Positions 1-11,144 of a DNA stretch of 64,000 bases are shown here, piece by piece. Numbering within the stretch: position 1 is the stretch's first letter; every line of letters starts with the position of its first letter. Made by a program: the position numbers and the translations under genes. Below the pieces are notes generated by a model. That model was not told where the DNA came from, did not search any database, and worked only from the letters and a program-made list of their open reading frames with translations. The DNA comes from an uncultured Actinomycetota bacterium (GTDB lineage: Bacteria; Actinomycetota; Actinomycetes; Actinomycetales; Microbacteriaceae): contig CAVVSI010000006.1 in the NCBI GenBank assembly GCA_963750955.1, forward strand, positions 8,548-72,547. Direction: 5' to 3'.

Positions 1-6
1 GGCCGC

Positions 7-432
7 GTGACCCTCAAGAAGATGCAGTGGGTGGATGTGCCACCCAGCGGCGCAGTCGTGCGCAACAACCTCAACCCCGGCCCGGAAGGCCATCGGGGTC
101 AGGTCGAGATCGCGCGCGTCGCCGGCCATTGGAGCGAGGCCATTCGCACCGCGATCTTCACGTTCGGACCGGGGCGGCCGTGCGACTACCACTACCACGA
201 CGGCGACGAGTACTGGTTCGTCTTCCGCGGCCACTTCACCCTCAAGTACCGCGGCGAAGACATCGAGGTTCGCCCGGGCGCGATCCTGGCTGCCGGCATG
301 GGCGAGGAGCACGGGGTCGTGAACCCGTCCGAGACGTTCGAGGGCATCGGGTTCGCCACACAGCTCGAAGGCAAGGGCCGTGATGGACACCTCTGGCGCC
401 CCGTGCACGGAGACCCCGTCGAGACCCGCTGA
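7..432 (+). CDS. small cupin-domain protein
   Basis: 141-aa ORF. YHYHDGDEYWFVFRGH ... PGAILAAGMGEEHGV resembles the two cupin metal motifs. The frame is open to the window edge, so the true start may lie upstream or at ATG 22. Confidence 0.6.
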   Translation: MTLKKMQWVDVPPSGAVVRNNLNPGPEGHRGQVEIARVAGHWSEAIRTAIFTFGPGRPCDYHYHDGDEYWFVFRGHFTLKYRGEDIEVRPGAILAAGMGEEHGVVNPSETFEGIGFATQLEGKGRDGHLWRPVHGDPVETR

Positions 433-526
433 TCCCAACACGAAGCATCCATCACCCGACCACAACTTCACACCCAGCACCGACGACGCGATGCCTGCGT
501 CACCCACACTGAAAGTGAGTACGTCA

Positions 527-2116
527 ATGAAGATGTCCCGATTCCGGCTCTCCGCTCTCGCGGTCGCCGCAGCCGCAGTGCTCACGCTGTCGGCCTGCAG
601 CGGCGACGGCGGCGGCACCGCGTCACCGTCCGCCACAGTTCCGAGCGCCGAGACGCCCGCGGAGGGCGGCGAGCTCACGATCCTCGTCGCGGGAGCGATG
701 AGCACCTGGGATCCGGGCTCGTCCACGGGCAGCTTCCCCGGCGTCCAGTGGGACCGCCTGTACGCGGTCTACGGTTCACTGATCACCGTCAACACCGAGG
801 GCGTCGTCGAGCCGGGCCTGGCCGAGAGCCTGACGACCGAGGACGGCGGTGACACCTGGACGCTGAAGCTGCGCGAGGGCCTGACGTTCACCGACGGTGA
901 GGCGTTCGACGCGCAGGCGGTCAAGGACAACTGGGATCGCTTCGCCGACCCGGCCAACAACCTGGGTGCGAACCGCATCGCCTCGACGTTCGCGTCGACA
1001 GTCGTCGACGAGACGACGCTGGAGATCGCCTCGAACGAGACCAATCCGGTGCTCGACATCCAGATCGCTGACTCGATCGCATTCATCGCGTCGCCGGAGT
1101 CATTCCCGGCTGCAGGGACGCCGCTGACCGAGCCCATCGGAGCGGGACCCTTCACCCTCGAGGAGTGGGACGCCGCAGTCGGTGAGACGTTCGCCAAGAA
1201 CCCGGACTACTGGGACGAGGGCAAGCCCTACCTCGACACGCTGAAATTCCAGCTCGTCGCCGATCCGGCCCAGCGCGTGACATCGGTCGTGCAGGGCGAC
1301 GCGCAGATCATGAACGGCTACCCGTTCCAGTGGATCGCCGACGCGGAGAACCCCGCGGTCGGGGTGTTCCCGGTCATCTCGGGCGGCATCCGTCACTTCG
1401 TGTTCAACACGACCTCCGACCTGTTCAGCGACGTGCGCGCCCGTCAGGCCGTGCAGCTGGCAGTCAACCCGACCGAGCTCGTGCAGACGCTGACGCAGGA
1501 CCCGGCGGCCGAGGGCAGCACCGCGCTGTTCCCCGACACGTCGCCGTACTACGACGCCGATCTGGCATTGCCCGAGCAGAACGTGGAAGAAGCGCAGTCG
1601 CTGGTCGACGAGATCACCGGCGAGGGCACGGACTTCACGATCGACCTGCTCATCGCGGGCGTCCCCGAGCTCGTCCGCGCCGGTGAGCTGTTCCAGCTCA
1701 CGCTGCAGGAGCTCGAAGGAGTCACGGTCAATCTCACGCAGATCCCGATCCCGGAGTGGCGCGCGGCGGCCTACGACAAGGACGACTTCGACGTCACCTT
1801 CTATCCCGGCGTGTTCGACCTCAACAGCCCCCAGGTCGGCTTCGGCAACCTGTTCGGAGTGGGCGGTCTCGACAACTTCGCGAACTTCGACGACGCTGAC
1901 ATGACGGCGGCGATCAGCGAAGCGCGCGAGGCCACCACCGACGAGGACCGGGTCGCGGCGCTGCAGAAGGTGCAGGAGGTCTACGTGGACCAGGTGCCCA
2001 TCGTGGTCTTCGGCATCGACTACCGCTCGTTCCTCCACGGCGCGGACGTCGTCGGGCTGCAGTCCATGGGCCGTGGCGCGCTGTACACCGACCGGATCGG
2101 ATACGCGGCCGAGTAG
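527..2116 (+). CDS. ABC transporter substrate-binding lipoprotein, family 5 (Dpp/Opp/Nik type)
   Basis: Lipoprotein signal MKMSRFRLSALAVAAAAVLTLSAC-SG. About 530 aa, typical of family-5 SBPs. First gene of an ABC operon. ATG 527 preferred over the ORF-track start at 380. Confidence 0.85.
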   Translation: MKMSRFRLSALAVAAAAVLTLSACSGDGGGTASPSATVPSAETPAEGGELTILVAGAMSTWDPGSSTGSFPGVQWDRLYAVYGSLITVNTEGVVEPGLAESLTTEDGGDTWTLKLREGLTFTDGEAFDAQAVKDNWDRFADPANNLGANRIASTFASTVVDETTLEIASNETNPVLDIQIADSIAFIASPESFPAAGTPLTEPIGAGPFTLEEWDAAVGETFAKNPDYWDEGKPYLDTLKFQLVADPAQRVTSVVQGDAQIMNGYPFQWIADAENPAVGVFPVISGGIRHFVFNTTSDLFSDVRARQAVQLAVNPTELVQTLTQDPAAEGSTALFPDTSPYYDADLALPEQNVEEAQSLVDEITGEGTDFTIDLLIAGVPELVRAGELFQLTLQELEGVTVNLTQIPIPEWRAAAYDKDDFDVTFYPGVFDLNSPQVGFGNLFGVGGLDNFANFDDADMTAAISEAREATTDEDRVAALQKVQEVYVDQVPIVVFGIDYRSFLHGADVVGLQSMGRGALYTDRIGYAAE

Positions 2117-2126
2117 GAGAACCAGG

Positions 2127-2175
2127 AGGAGACCGGTGCCGTCGTTCGTTGGGGCGGACTCGGCACCGGTCTCCT
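2127..2175 (+). promoter_or_regulatory. intercistronic stem-loop after the SBP gene
   Basis: Perfect 15-bp inverted repeat AGGAGACCGGTGCCG (2127-2141) / CGGCACCGGTCTCCT (2161-2175) with a 19-nt loop, between the SBP stop and the first permease. No clear U-tract follows. Confidence 0.5.
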
Positions 2176-2203
2176 GCTTCTCTCGACCTCGACGGAGAAC
2201 CAC

Positions 2204-3157
2204 ATGAAAAGCACCATGCGAGCGATCGGGTCGCGACTCCTCTACGGGATTCCCGTGCTGATCATCGTGACTCTCGGAGCGGCGGCGCTGATGGATCTCA
2301 TGCCCGGCTCGCCGGGTCAGGCCATCCTCGGCGACGCCGCCACCCAGGAGCAGGTCGACGCGATCAACGCGCAGCTCGGCTACGACCAGCCATTCATGGT
2401 GCGCTACCTGGAATGGGCCGGCAACGCCCTGCGTGGTGACTTCGGAACCACGCTGTTCACCCAGGAGCCGGTCACGGACGTCGTCATGCGTCGATTGATC
2501 GTGACCGCGCAGATCGCACTGATGGCGCTCTTGTTCGCCCTCATCGCGGCGGTGCCGCTTGCGATGATCGCCGCCCTGCGGTCGGGCAAGCTGCTGGATC
2601 GCACCCTCAATTTCATCACCTCGGCCCTGCTGAGCATCCCGTCCTTCGTCAACGTCGTGATCGTGTCGCTGATCTTCGTGGTCTGGCTCAAGTGGTTCCC
2701 GGCGACCGGCTGGGTTCCCCCGTCCGAATCGCTGGCCGACAACCTCCGCTATGCCTTCCTGCCGGCTCTCGCGCTGAGCATCTACGAGGGCGCCTTCTTC
2801 TACCGCGTGATCCGCTCGGACCTCACCGGCACCCTCCGGGAGGATTACATCCTCGTCGCCCGGGCGAAGGGCCTTCCCCGCTCGTACATCCTCGCCCGCC
2901 ACGCGATGCGTCCGTCGCTCACGTCACTGGTCACGGTGATGGGCCTGGCGCTCGGGCGCCTTCTGGGCGGTGCCGTGATCGTCGAGTTCTTCTTCTCCGT
3001 GCCGGGGCTCGGCGCCGAGGCCGTGAACGCGGTCTCCATCAAGGACATGCCGGTGATCCAGGCCATCGTCACGATCTGCGTCGTGGCGTACGTGCTGATA
3101 TTCATCGTCGTGGACCTCGCCTATGCGTGGATCGATCCGAGAGTGAGCGTGCGATGA
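2204..3157 (+). CDS. ABC transporter permease (DppB/OppB-like)
   Basis: 317 aa, multi-TM hydrophobic profile. Stop overlaps the next start (ATGA at 3154). Confidence 0.85.
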   Translation: MKSTMRAIGSRLLYGIPVLIIVTLGAAALMDLMPGSPGQAILGDAATQEQVDAINAQLGYDQPFMVRYLEWAGNALRGDFGTTLFTQEPVTDVVMRRLIVTAQIALMALLFALIAAVPLAMIAALRSGKLLDRTLNFITSALLSIPSFVNVVIVSLIFVVWLKWFPATGWVPPSESLADNLRYAFLPALALSIYEGAFFYRVIRSDLTGTLREDYILVARAKGLPRSYILARHAMRPSLTSLVTVMGLALGRLLGGAVIVEFFFSVPGLGAEAVNAVSIKDMPVIQAIVTICVVAYVLIFIVVDLAYAWIDPRVSVR

Positions 3158-4100
3158 CGACGCAGGTGACACCGGGGTCGCCGACCGACGGACCCCGCAC
3201 GCAAGGCTTGAACGCGGTCATCCGGCCGCGCCGCGACGGCACTTCGATGGCGCTCATCCCCAGATTGCGCCCTCGCCGCCGCCGCAAGGTCGGTCGGGGG
3301 ATGCTGTGGTTCGCGGTCATCTGGCTCACGCTGCTGATCCTCGCCGCGGTGTTCGCGGACTTCATTCCCGGCCTCCCGGGCTACGAGGAGAAGATCGGCA
3401 CGTTCGCGCAGCCGCCCGACGGCACGATCGGCGGCCTGCTGGGCACCGATGGCGTCGGGCGCAGCAATCTGTCCCGCATCATCTACGGCGCACGCGTCTC
3501 ACTGACCATCGCTGTCGTCTCGACGCTGATCGGACTCACGATCGGCGTGATCGTCGGGATGATCGGCGGATACTACCGACGCGGTGCCGAGACCGTCGCG
3601 AACATCCTCGCCAACACGCTGTCCGCGCTGCCGCCGCTGCTACTGCTGCTCGCGCTGGTGTCGGCGATCGGCGCATCCTTGTTCGGCATCACCATCGCCC
3701 TCGGGGTGGTCATCGCAGACCTCTACATCCGCGTGACGAAGGGGGCGGTGATAGCCAGCGCGAACCGAGAATACGTTCTCGCCGCGCGCGCCTTGGGCGC
3801 CGGAGACCTGCGCATCATGATCAAGGAGATCCTTCCCAACCTGGTGCCGGTCCTGGCCGCCATCATTCCGATGGCGATGGCCATCATGATCGTCGTCGAA
3901 GGGTCTCTGAGCTTCCTCGGCTACGGCATCCCGGCGCCGACGCCCAGCTGGGGCGGCATGATCGCGGCCGGCGCCGACATCATGCGACAGTTCCCGCTGG
4001 TGATCTTCTGGCCGGTCGTCACGCTGTTCCTCACGGTGCTGTCGTTCAACACGGTCGGCGACTACCTCTCCAGCCGCACGGACGTCAGGGAGGGAAAGCT

Positions 4101-4104
<4 letters not shown>
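3154..4104 (+). CDS. ABC transporter permease (DppC/OppC-like)
   Basis: In-frame ATG 3154 inside ORF 2692..4104. MTTQVTPG... is followed by TM segments. The upstream part of that ORF is an Arg/Pro-rich overprint. Confidence 0.85.
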
Positions 4105-5269
<1,165 letters not shown>

Positions 5270-5273
<4 letters not shown>

Positions 5274-6226
5274 GCGACGACACGGCCACCGAGACACGGG
5301 CCCGCCCGGGCTGGCTCAGAGAGGATGCCCTGCTGACCGTCGAAGACCTGCACTGCTCGTTCAAGACGGCATCCGGTCGCGTCCACGCCGTTCGCGGCGT
5401 GACGTTCGACCTGCGACCGGGCGAGACTCTGGGGCTCGTCGGCGAGTCGGGATGCGGCAAGACCACGACCGGACGCGCGATCCTCCGGCTGCCCCCTGGT
5501 CAGTCGGGCACCGTGACGTTCCGGGGCGAGGACATGTCGACCTACTCGAGCCGCGAGATGCGGGCCGCCCGGCGGCGGCTGCAGATGATCTTCCAGGACC
5601 CGCTGTCGGCGTTCAACCCGCGTCGCCGCGTGATCGACATCGTAGGTGAGGGGCTCGAGATCCAGGGTGTGCCGAAGGCCGAGCGCGACGAGCGCGTCGC
5701 CGCCGCTCTCGAGCAGGTGGGCATGAGCGTGCAGATGGTCGGAGGCCGCCGTCCGCACGAATTCTCCGGCGGACAATGCCAGCGCATCTCGATCGCGCGT
5801 GCCCTGGCCCTCGGCCCGGACGTGATCGTCTGCGATGAGCCGGTCGCCTCGCTCGACGTCTCCGTCCAGGCTCGGGTCCTCAACGTCCTCCACGACATCC
5901 GAGAGCGCAACGAGCTGTCTCTCGTCTTCGTCTCGCACGATCTTGCTGTCGTGAAGGTCATGGCCGACCGAATCGCGGTGATGTATCGCGGACGGATCGT
6001 CGAGATCGGTGACGCGGATGCGGTCTACCGGAGCCCGTCGCACCCCTATACGCGGCGGTTGCTGGACGCTGTTCCGGTGATCCATGAAAGCGAGCGGGCG
6101 TTCGAGGCGGGCGTCGACGACGGTGACGACTCCTGGCGCACGGTCGACCGGGCCCTCGTCGAGGTCGGTCCGGGGCACTTCGCCGCGCTCGGCGACATCG
6201 TGACCGACGGCGAGACCGTGTCGTGA
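5270..6226 (+). CDS. ABC transporter ATP-binding protein (DppF-like)
   Basis: ATG 5270 overlaps the previous stop. GESGCGKTT, FSGGQCQR, VIVCDEPVASLD. Confidence 0.85.
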
Positions 6227-7392
6227 CCGCTGCAGCCGTTCTCGACGAGGAGACCCCCGCGCCGGCAGGGTCCGCAGGCCTGCGTGTGGTGGTGATCGCG
6301 GCCGGGGCGCACATCTTCCAGGCGGCGCACGTTCCAGCGATCCTCGCCACCGGCGTGGATGTGATGGGTGTCTTCGACGCCGACACCTCGCGGGCGGCCG
6401 AGGTGGCCGCCAGGCGCGGGTGGAGGGTCTCCGAGACGCTCGACGAGCTGCTCGCGCTCGACGCGGACGCCGCGGTGATCTGCGCCCCGCATCCCCTGCA
6501 CGCCGAGCTCGTCGAGCGCTGCCTGGGTGCGGGTCTCTCGGTGCTCGTCGAAAAGCCGCTCGCCGCGCGAGTCAGCGAGATCGATGCGCTCATCGCCGCC
6601 GCCGAAACGGCCGGACGGCAGGTGGCGGTCGTCCAGCAGCACCGCCTGCGCGCCGAGGTCGTCGACGCGCGCCGGAGAATCGGCGCCGGCGAGCTGGGCG
6701 TCATCCACCGGGCAGTCGTCACCGCGAGCTATCCCAAACGTGCCAGCTACTACCTGGACACACCCTGGCGCGGCACCTGGGAGGGCGAGGGCGGTGGAGT
6801 GCTGCTTAATCAGGGTCTGCACGACATCGACGTGCTCGTGCACCTCCTCGGGCGACCGGATGCCGTCACCGCAAGCCTTCGCACACTCGTGCAGCCGATA
6901 GAGACCGAGGACACCGCCGACGTCCTCCTCGAGTGGGCAGACGGCGCCACTGCCACCGTGCACGTCACCAGCGCGGCCCGGCTCGACGGCAACCGCATCG
7001 AATTCTTCGGCTCACGAGGCTCACTGCGACTGTCGCAGAGCGGCCTCGACATCCGCTCAGCCGATCTCGACTTCCGGGAGTTCGCGGCCACGCCCGGCGG
7101 GCATTTCGACGCCTACGAGGTGTCGGACTGGCGGCGCGCTCTGCCGCACGGAGGCGGCACGCACACCGAGGTCTACTCGGACTTCGCGAAGGCGTGGGCC
7201 GAGAACGGCGAGCCGCTGACCGCCGCGCGCGGAGCGCGCGACGCTGTCGAGGTCATCGCCGCTGCCGCGCTCTCGTCGGCCCGACGCGCCACTGTGGTGC
7301 TTCCCCTCGATCCCGCCGAGTTCGACGCGTTCCTGGACGCGCGGATCGCGACCTCTCCTGGGCGTCGAACCTCCGAGAGGACACCGGCATGA
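6223..7392 (+). CDS. Gfo/Idh/MocA family oxidoreductase
   Basis: 389 aa. N-terminal Rossmann-like region and VLVEKPLA (EKP motif). Start overlaps the ATPase stop. Confidence 0.75.
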   Translation: MTAAAVLDEETPAPAGSAGLRVVVIAAGAHIFQAAHVPAILATGVDVMGVFDADTSRAAEVAARRGWRVSETLDELLALDADAAVICAPHPLHAELVERCLGAGLSVLVEKPLAARVSEIDALIAAAETAGRQVAVVQQHRLRAEVVDARRRIGAGELGVIHRAVVTASYPKRASYYLDTPWRGTWEGEGGGVLLNQGLHDIDVLVHLLGRPDAVTASLRTLVQPIETEDTADVLLEWADGATATVHVTSAARLDGNRIEFFGSRGSLRLSQSGLDIRSADLDFREFAATPGGHFDAYEVSDWRRALPHGGGTHTEVYSDFAKAWAENGEPLTAARGARDAVEVIAAAALSSARRATVVLPLDPAEFDAFLDARIATSPGRRTSERTPA

Positions 7393-8177
7393 CCGCTTCC
7401 CCCCCGCCGATCGAAGAGACCCCGCTCAACAACCTCCGGGACCTCGGCGGCATCGCCGTGGCGGGCGGGCTGATCGCGCCCGGGCATCTGTTCCGCAGCG
7501 ACGACGTGTCGACGGTTCCCGACGAGCAGGCGCGGGAGCTGTACGACCGCGGCATCCGCACCATCATCGATCTGCGCTCGCCCGCCGAAGCCGAGCACAC
7601 CGGGCGAGGGCCGCTCGCCCGCTACGACGTGACCTACCGACGGATGTCGCTCCTGCGGGGCGGCGCCGAGCCGGAGGAGTTCCTCCAGCACCTGCGTGAG
7701 GACTCCGCGACGCCACGCATCGTGGGCGAGTACTACGCTGCGACGCTCGTCGCCGAGGCGGAGACTCTCGCAGACGCGATCCGTGCGATAGCGGATGCTC
7801 CCGGAGGAGTGCTCTTCCACTGCGCGGCGGGCAAGGACCGGACCGGCATCTTCGCAGCGGCCCTGCTCTCCGTGCTGGGCGCAGATGAGGAGGACATCGC
7901 CACCGATTACGCGCTTTCGTCCGTCGCTGTGCCGCGGATCATGGCCCGCGTGAGCGCATCGATCGGCCACCTCATGGGTGAGTCGGACGCGTTCTTCCGG
8001 GCAGCGGCGGAGGGGCGGGGGCCGGTCAGCCCGCTGCTGGGCGCCGAGCACGACGCGATGGTCGAGATGCTCGCCATCCTCGACGACGAGCGCGGCGGCG
8101 CGGCCGCGGTGCTGCGCGAAGCCGGTCTCGACGACGACGTCGTGGAGCGCCTCCGGGCGCGCGTGGTTCGAAGCTGA
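7389..8177 (+). CDS. tyrosine-phosphatase-family protein (CX5R)
   Basis: ATG 7389 overlaps the previous stop. Active-site loop FHCAAGKDRTG. Confidence 0.75.
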   Translation: MTASPPPIEETPLNNLRDLGGIAVAGGLIAPGHLFRSDDVSTVPDEQARELYDRGIRTIIDLRSPAEAEHTGRGPLARYDVTYRRMSLLRGGAEPEEFLQHLREDSATPRIVGEYYAATLVAEAETLADAIRAIADAPGGVLFHCAAGKDRTGIFAAALLSVLGADEEDIATDYALSSVAVPRIMARVSASIGHLMGESDAFFRAAAEGRGPVSPLLGAEHDAMVEMLAILDDERGGAAAVLREAGLDDDVVERLRARVVRS

Positions 8178-8208
8178 GCGGGCGCCGCCGAAGCCGAGCC
8201 ACACCGGA

Positions 8209-8988
8209 TCAGCTCAGCGCGTCGGCGATGCCCTCCAGCCCGGAACGCAGGGCCTGACGGTAGATGCCGAGGTCGCTTCCGTACGCGAGCACCGTGAAGC
8301 CCCGCTCGACGAGCGAGCGCGCGTCGTCCGGACCGCTCGTCAGGAATCCGACGGGCTTGCCATTTGCCCTGCCGGCAGAGACGATGCGCTCGAGCGCCGC
8401 GAGGTAGAGCGGGTGATCGAACTGCGTGGGGATGCCCATGCTCGTCGTGAGGTCGAAGTGACCGACCCACAGGATGTCGACGCCCGGCACTGCTGCGATC
8501 TCCTCGACGTTCTCGAGCGCCTCGGCGGTCTCGATCTGCACCATGACGATCGTCTCGGAGTTCGACCTCTTCATCGCCGCGACAGGCTCCACCTCGCCGA
8601 AGTCGTGCGCAGCCAAGCCGAACATCGTGCCGCGGATGCCCTGCGGTGGGTAGTGCGCCCACGATGCGATCGCCGCGGCCTCGTCGGCAGTGCCGACCAT
8701 CGGGACCATGAGCCCTACCGCCCCCATGTCCAGGGCGAGCGCGATGTTCTCACGAGAAGCGGAGGGCACGCGCACGAACGGCGTCGACCCCCCGGCGCGG
8801 GTCGCGGTCAGGACGGGCGTCATCGTCTCCCAGCCGAAGCCGGTGTGCTCGCCGTCGATCAGAACGAAGTCGGCACCGGCGCCGGCGGCCGCCCGTGCGA
8901 CGGCGACCGAGGGGAACGCCAGCAGGAAGGTGCCCACAACGGTCTCACCGCTCAGCACTCGGGCGCGGAGGCTCCTGCGGCGCACCAT
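8209..8988 (-). CDS. HpcH/HpaI-family 2-keto-3-deoxyacid aldolase
   Basis: MVRRRSLRARVLSGETVVGTF...FVLIDGEHTG...VMVQIETAEAL. ATG at 8988 lies inside the longer ORF 8209..9924, whose N-terminal 312 aa are an Arg-rich overprint of the upstream gene. Confidence 0.8.
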   Translation of the reverse strand: MVRRRSLRARVLSGETVVGTFLLAFPSVAVARAAAGAGADFVLIDGEHTGFGWETMTPVLTATRAGGSTPFVRVPSASRENIALALDMGAVGLMVPMVGTADEAAAIASWAHYPPQGIRGTMFGLAAHDFGEVEPVAAMKRSNSETIVMVQIETAEALENVEEIAAVPGVDILWVGHFDLTTSMGIPTQFDHPLYLAALERIVSAGRANGKPVGFLTSGPDDARSLVERGFTVLAYGSDLGIYRQALRSGLEGIADALS

Positions 8989-10034
8989 CACGACACGGTC
9001 TTCGGAGCGTCGGGCACGCCGGTCCAGCGCTCGTGTTCCAGAGCAGCCGGGTTCACCACGACATGAGAGGGTCGGAAGCCCCGCTTGACCTCGAGGAGCG
9101 AGCGCACGCACCCTGAGCCGTTGCCGTAGGCGAGCTGGTCGGTCCACCCGGTCGCGTGCGGCGAGAGGAGGACGTTGTCGCAGTCCAGAAGCGGATCGTC
9201 GTCGTCGGCGGGCTCCTTCTCGAGCACGTCGAGGCCGGCCCCGCGGATGCGGCCGGCGGCGAGCACGTCGGCCAGGGCCTTCTGGTCGATGAGCGGCCCG
9301 CGCGCGACATTGACGATCACAGCGTTGTGCTTCATCAGGGCGAGCCGTTCCGCATTCACGATGTGCCGGGTCTCGGGCGTGAGTGCGGCGGTCACGACGA
9401 TCGCCTCGGACTCGGCCATCAGCTCTTCGATGGAGACCAGCTCGGCCCCGAGCGCGCTCGCCTTCGCGGTGTCGAGGTACGGGTCGAACGCCAGCACGCG
9501 CATGCCGAGGGGTTCGAGCAGACGGCTGACCTCGCGGCCGATGTTTCCGAACCCGATGATGCCCAGCGTCTTGCCGGGAAGCCCCAGCCCGTTGTACTCG
9601 TAGCGCTCCGACCAGTCCCGGCGCTCGCGCACGATGCGGTCCTTCTGTCGCACGTTGTGTGCGACGGCCAGCAGCAGCGTGACGGCGGCGAGAGCCATCG
9701 GCCCGCGCGTGCCGTCGGGCGTGATGGTGACCGGGATGCCGGCGGCGGTGCACGCGTCGAGGTCGATCGTGTCGTAGCCGACGCCGAATCTCGCGACGAC
9801 CTTGAGGCGATCGGCGCCTTCCAGCGACCGTGCGTCCAGCGCATTGCCGAGCACCATGACCCCGTCGTAGCCGGCGAGAGCGCCGGGCGACAGCGGTGTC
9901 TCGTTGACGTCGAGGTATTCCCACTCGACGCCCGGCTCGGCCTCGAGTTCGGCCATGCCGATGTCTCCCCAGCCGATCGTGCCGTCGTCGGAGCGGAAGT
10001 CGCGCGTCAGCGCGACGCGGAAGGTCTCAGGCAT
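8988..10034 (-). CDS. D-isomer-specific 2-hydroxyacid dehydrogenase (NAD-binding)
   Basis: 348 aa. GIIGFGNIGREV dinucleotide fold, ...NVARGPLID..., ...LLSPHATG. Stop overlaps the aldolase start. Confidence 0.8.
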   Translation of the reverse strand: MPETFRVALTRDFRSDDGTIGWGDIGMAELEAEPGVEWEYLDVNETPLSPGALAGYDGVMVLGNALDARSLEGADRLKVVARFGVGYDTIDLDACTAAGIPVTITPDGTRGPMALAAVTLLLAVAHNVRQKDRIVRERRDWSERYEYNGLGLPGKTLGIIGFGNIGREVSRLLEPLGMRVLAFDPYLDTAKASALGAELVSIEELMAESEAIVVTAALTPETRHIVNAERLALMKHNAVIVNVARGPLIDQKALADVLAAGRIRGAGLDVLEKEPADDDDPLLDCDNVLLSPHATGWTDQLAYGNGSGCVRSLLEVKRGFRPSHVVVNPAALEHERWTGVPDAPKTVS

Positions 10035-10157
10035 GTCGTCTCGTTTCTGCGGAGCGCGCAGCGGTCGGGGCTTCGTTCACTCCGATGCTACGAATCGAGC
10101 GAGTCTGGATCGAGGGGTCGTCCCGGGGGCTGGGACGTCTGCGAACCGCCCTCGGCC

Positions 10158-11117
10158 TCAGTGCTCGTTCTTCACCACGGGTGTGCCGTGCGTGTGGAAG
10201 CTCTCGATCGTCTTCATGCCCCACGCCTGACCCTTCTTGCGCTCCTCCTGGGTCCACTCCACGACCGGCGAGTCGGGATCCAGCAGCAGTCGCGCGCCGG
10301 CGTTGGCGAATTCGATCCGGTTGCCGCCGGGCTCCCACACGTACAGGAAGAAAGTCTGGTTGATCGCGTGCTTGTGCGGGCCGGATTCGATGTAGATGCC
10401 GTTCTCGAGGAAGATGTCCGCGGCCTTGAGGATGTCCTCGCGGGTGTCGGGCGCGAACGCGACGTGATGCAGGCGGTTGCCGTGCTTGGTCCAGTCGTCG
10501 GAGTACACGACGTCGTAGGACTTGTTGTTGAAGTGGAACCACCAGGCCGCGTAGCCGCCGGCATCCAACGCGATCCGCTCGCTCTCGCGGCCGCCGAGCG
10601 CCCGGGCGATGAACTCGCCGTTGGCGACGACGTCCTTCGCCAGGTAGTTGATGTGATCGAGCCGCCGCGCGTTCACGCCGCGTCCGGGAAACGCGGATGC
10701 CTGGTTCTTCAGCGCGGGCTTGTCGTCGGTGGCGACGTAGCGCTCGGTCTCGTAGTAGATGCCCATCGCGTGGCCGTCGGGGTCGCGGAACCGGTACGTC
10801 GGTCCGGTGCCCTGCTCGCCGTCCACCCATCCCTCGCCGAGGCCGAAGCCGTCGATCGCGGCGACCCGCCGATCGAGCGCCTCCTGGCTCGTCGTGCGGA
10901 ACGTGGTGAGCCCGACGCCGGCGTCCGCTGAGGCCGTGAGCTTGATCGTGTACCGCTGGTATTCGTCCCACGTGCGCAGGTACACCGATTCGCCCGCCTC
11001 GGCGACGACGCGCATCGCGAGCAGGTCGCGGAAGAACCACAGGCTCTTGTCGAACGTGGGCGTGAGCAGTTCGACGTTTCCGATGTGGGCGACATCGAAC
11101 GAGGTGTAATCGGTCAT
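10158..11117 (-). CDS. type I (VOC-fold, XylE-like) extradiol ring-cleavage dioxygenase
   Basis: 319 aa, two-module VOC layout. NRLHHVAFAPDTREDILKAADIFLENGIYIESGPHKH...YVWEPGGNRIEF parallels the catechol 2,3-dioxygenase C-terminal metal-binding module. Confidence 0.8.
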   Translation of the reverse strand: MTDYTSFDVAHIGNVELLTPTFDKSLWFFRDLLAMRVVAEAGESVYLRTWDEYQRYTIKLTASADAGVGLTTFRTTSQEALDRRVAAIDGFGLGEGWVDGEQGTGPTYRFRDPDGHAMGIYYETERYVATDDKPALKNQASAFPGRGVNARRLDHINYLAKDVVANGEFIARALGGRESERIALDAGGYAAWWFHFNNKSYDVVYSDDWTKHGNRLHHVAFAPDTREDILKAADIFLENGIYIESGPHKHAINQTFFLYVWEPGGNRIEFANAGARLLLDPDSPVVEWTQEERKKGQAWGMKTIESFHTHGTPVVKNEH

Positions 11118-11144
11118 CGTGCGGTCCTCTCTGACAGGGCGGGT

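Noticed and set aside
1100-2902. 600-aa antisense ORF. Similar long alternative-frame ORFs include 4601..6178(-), 9156..10931(+), 13065..14489(+), 33021..34406(-), 49716..51824(-), 53420..55138(-) and 62664..63731(+).
   Set aside because: The translations are Arg/Gly/Asp/His-rich low-complexity sequence, typical of stop-free off-frames in ~70% GC DNA. Each fully overlaps a gene with clear family motifs on the other strand or frame.
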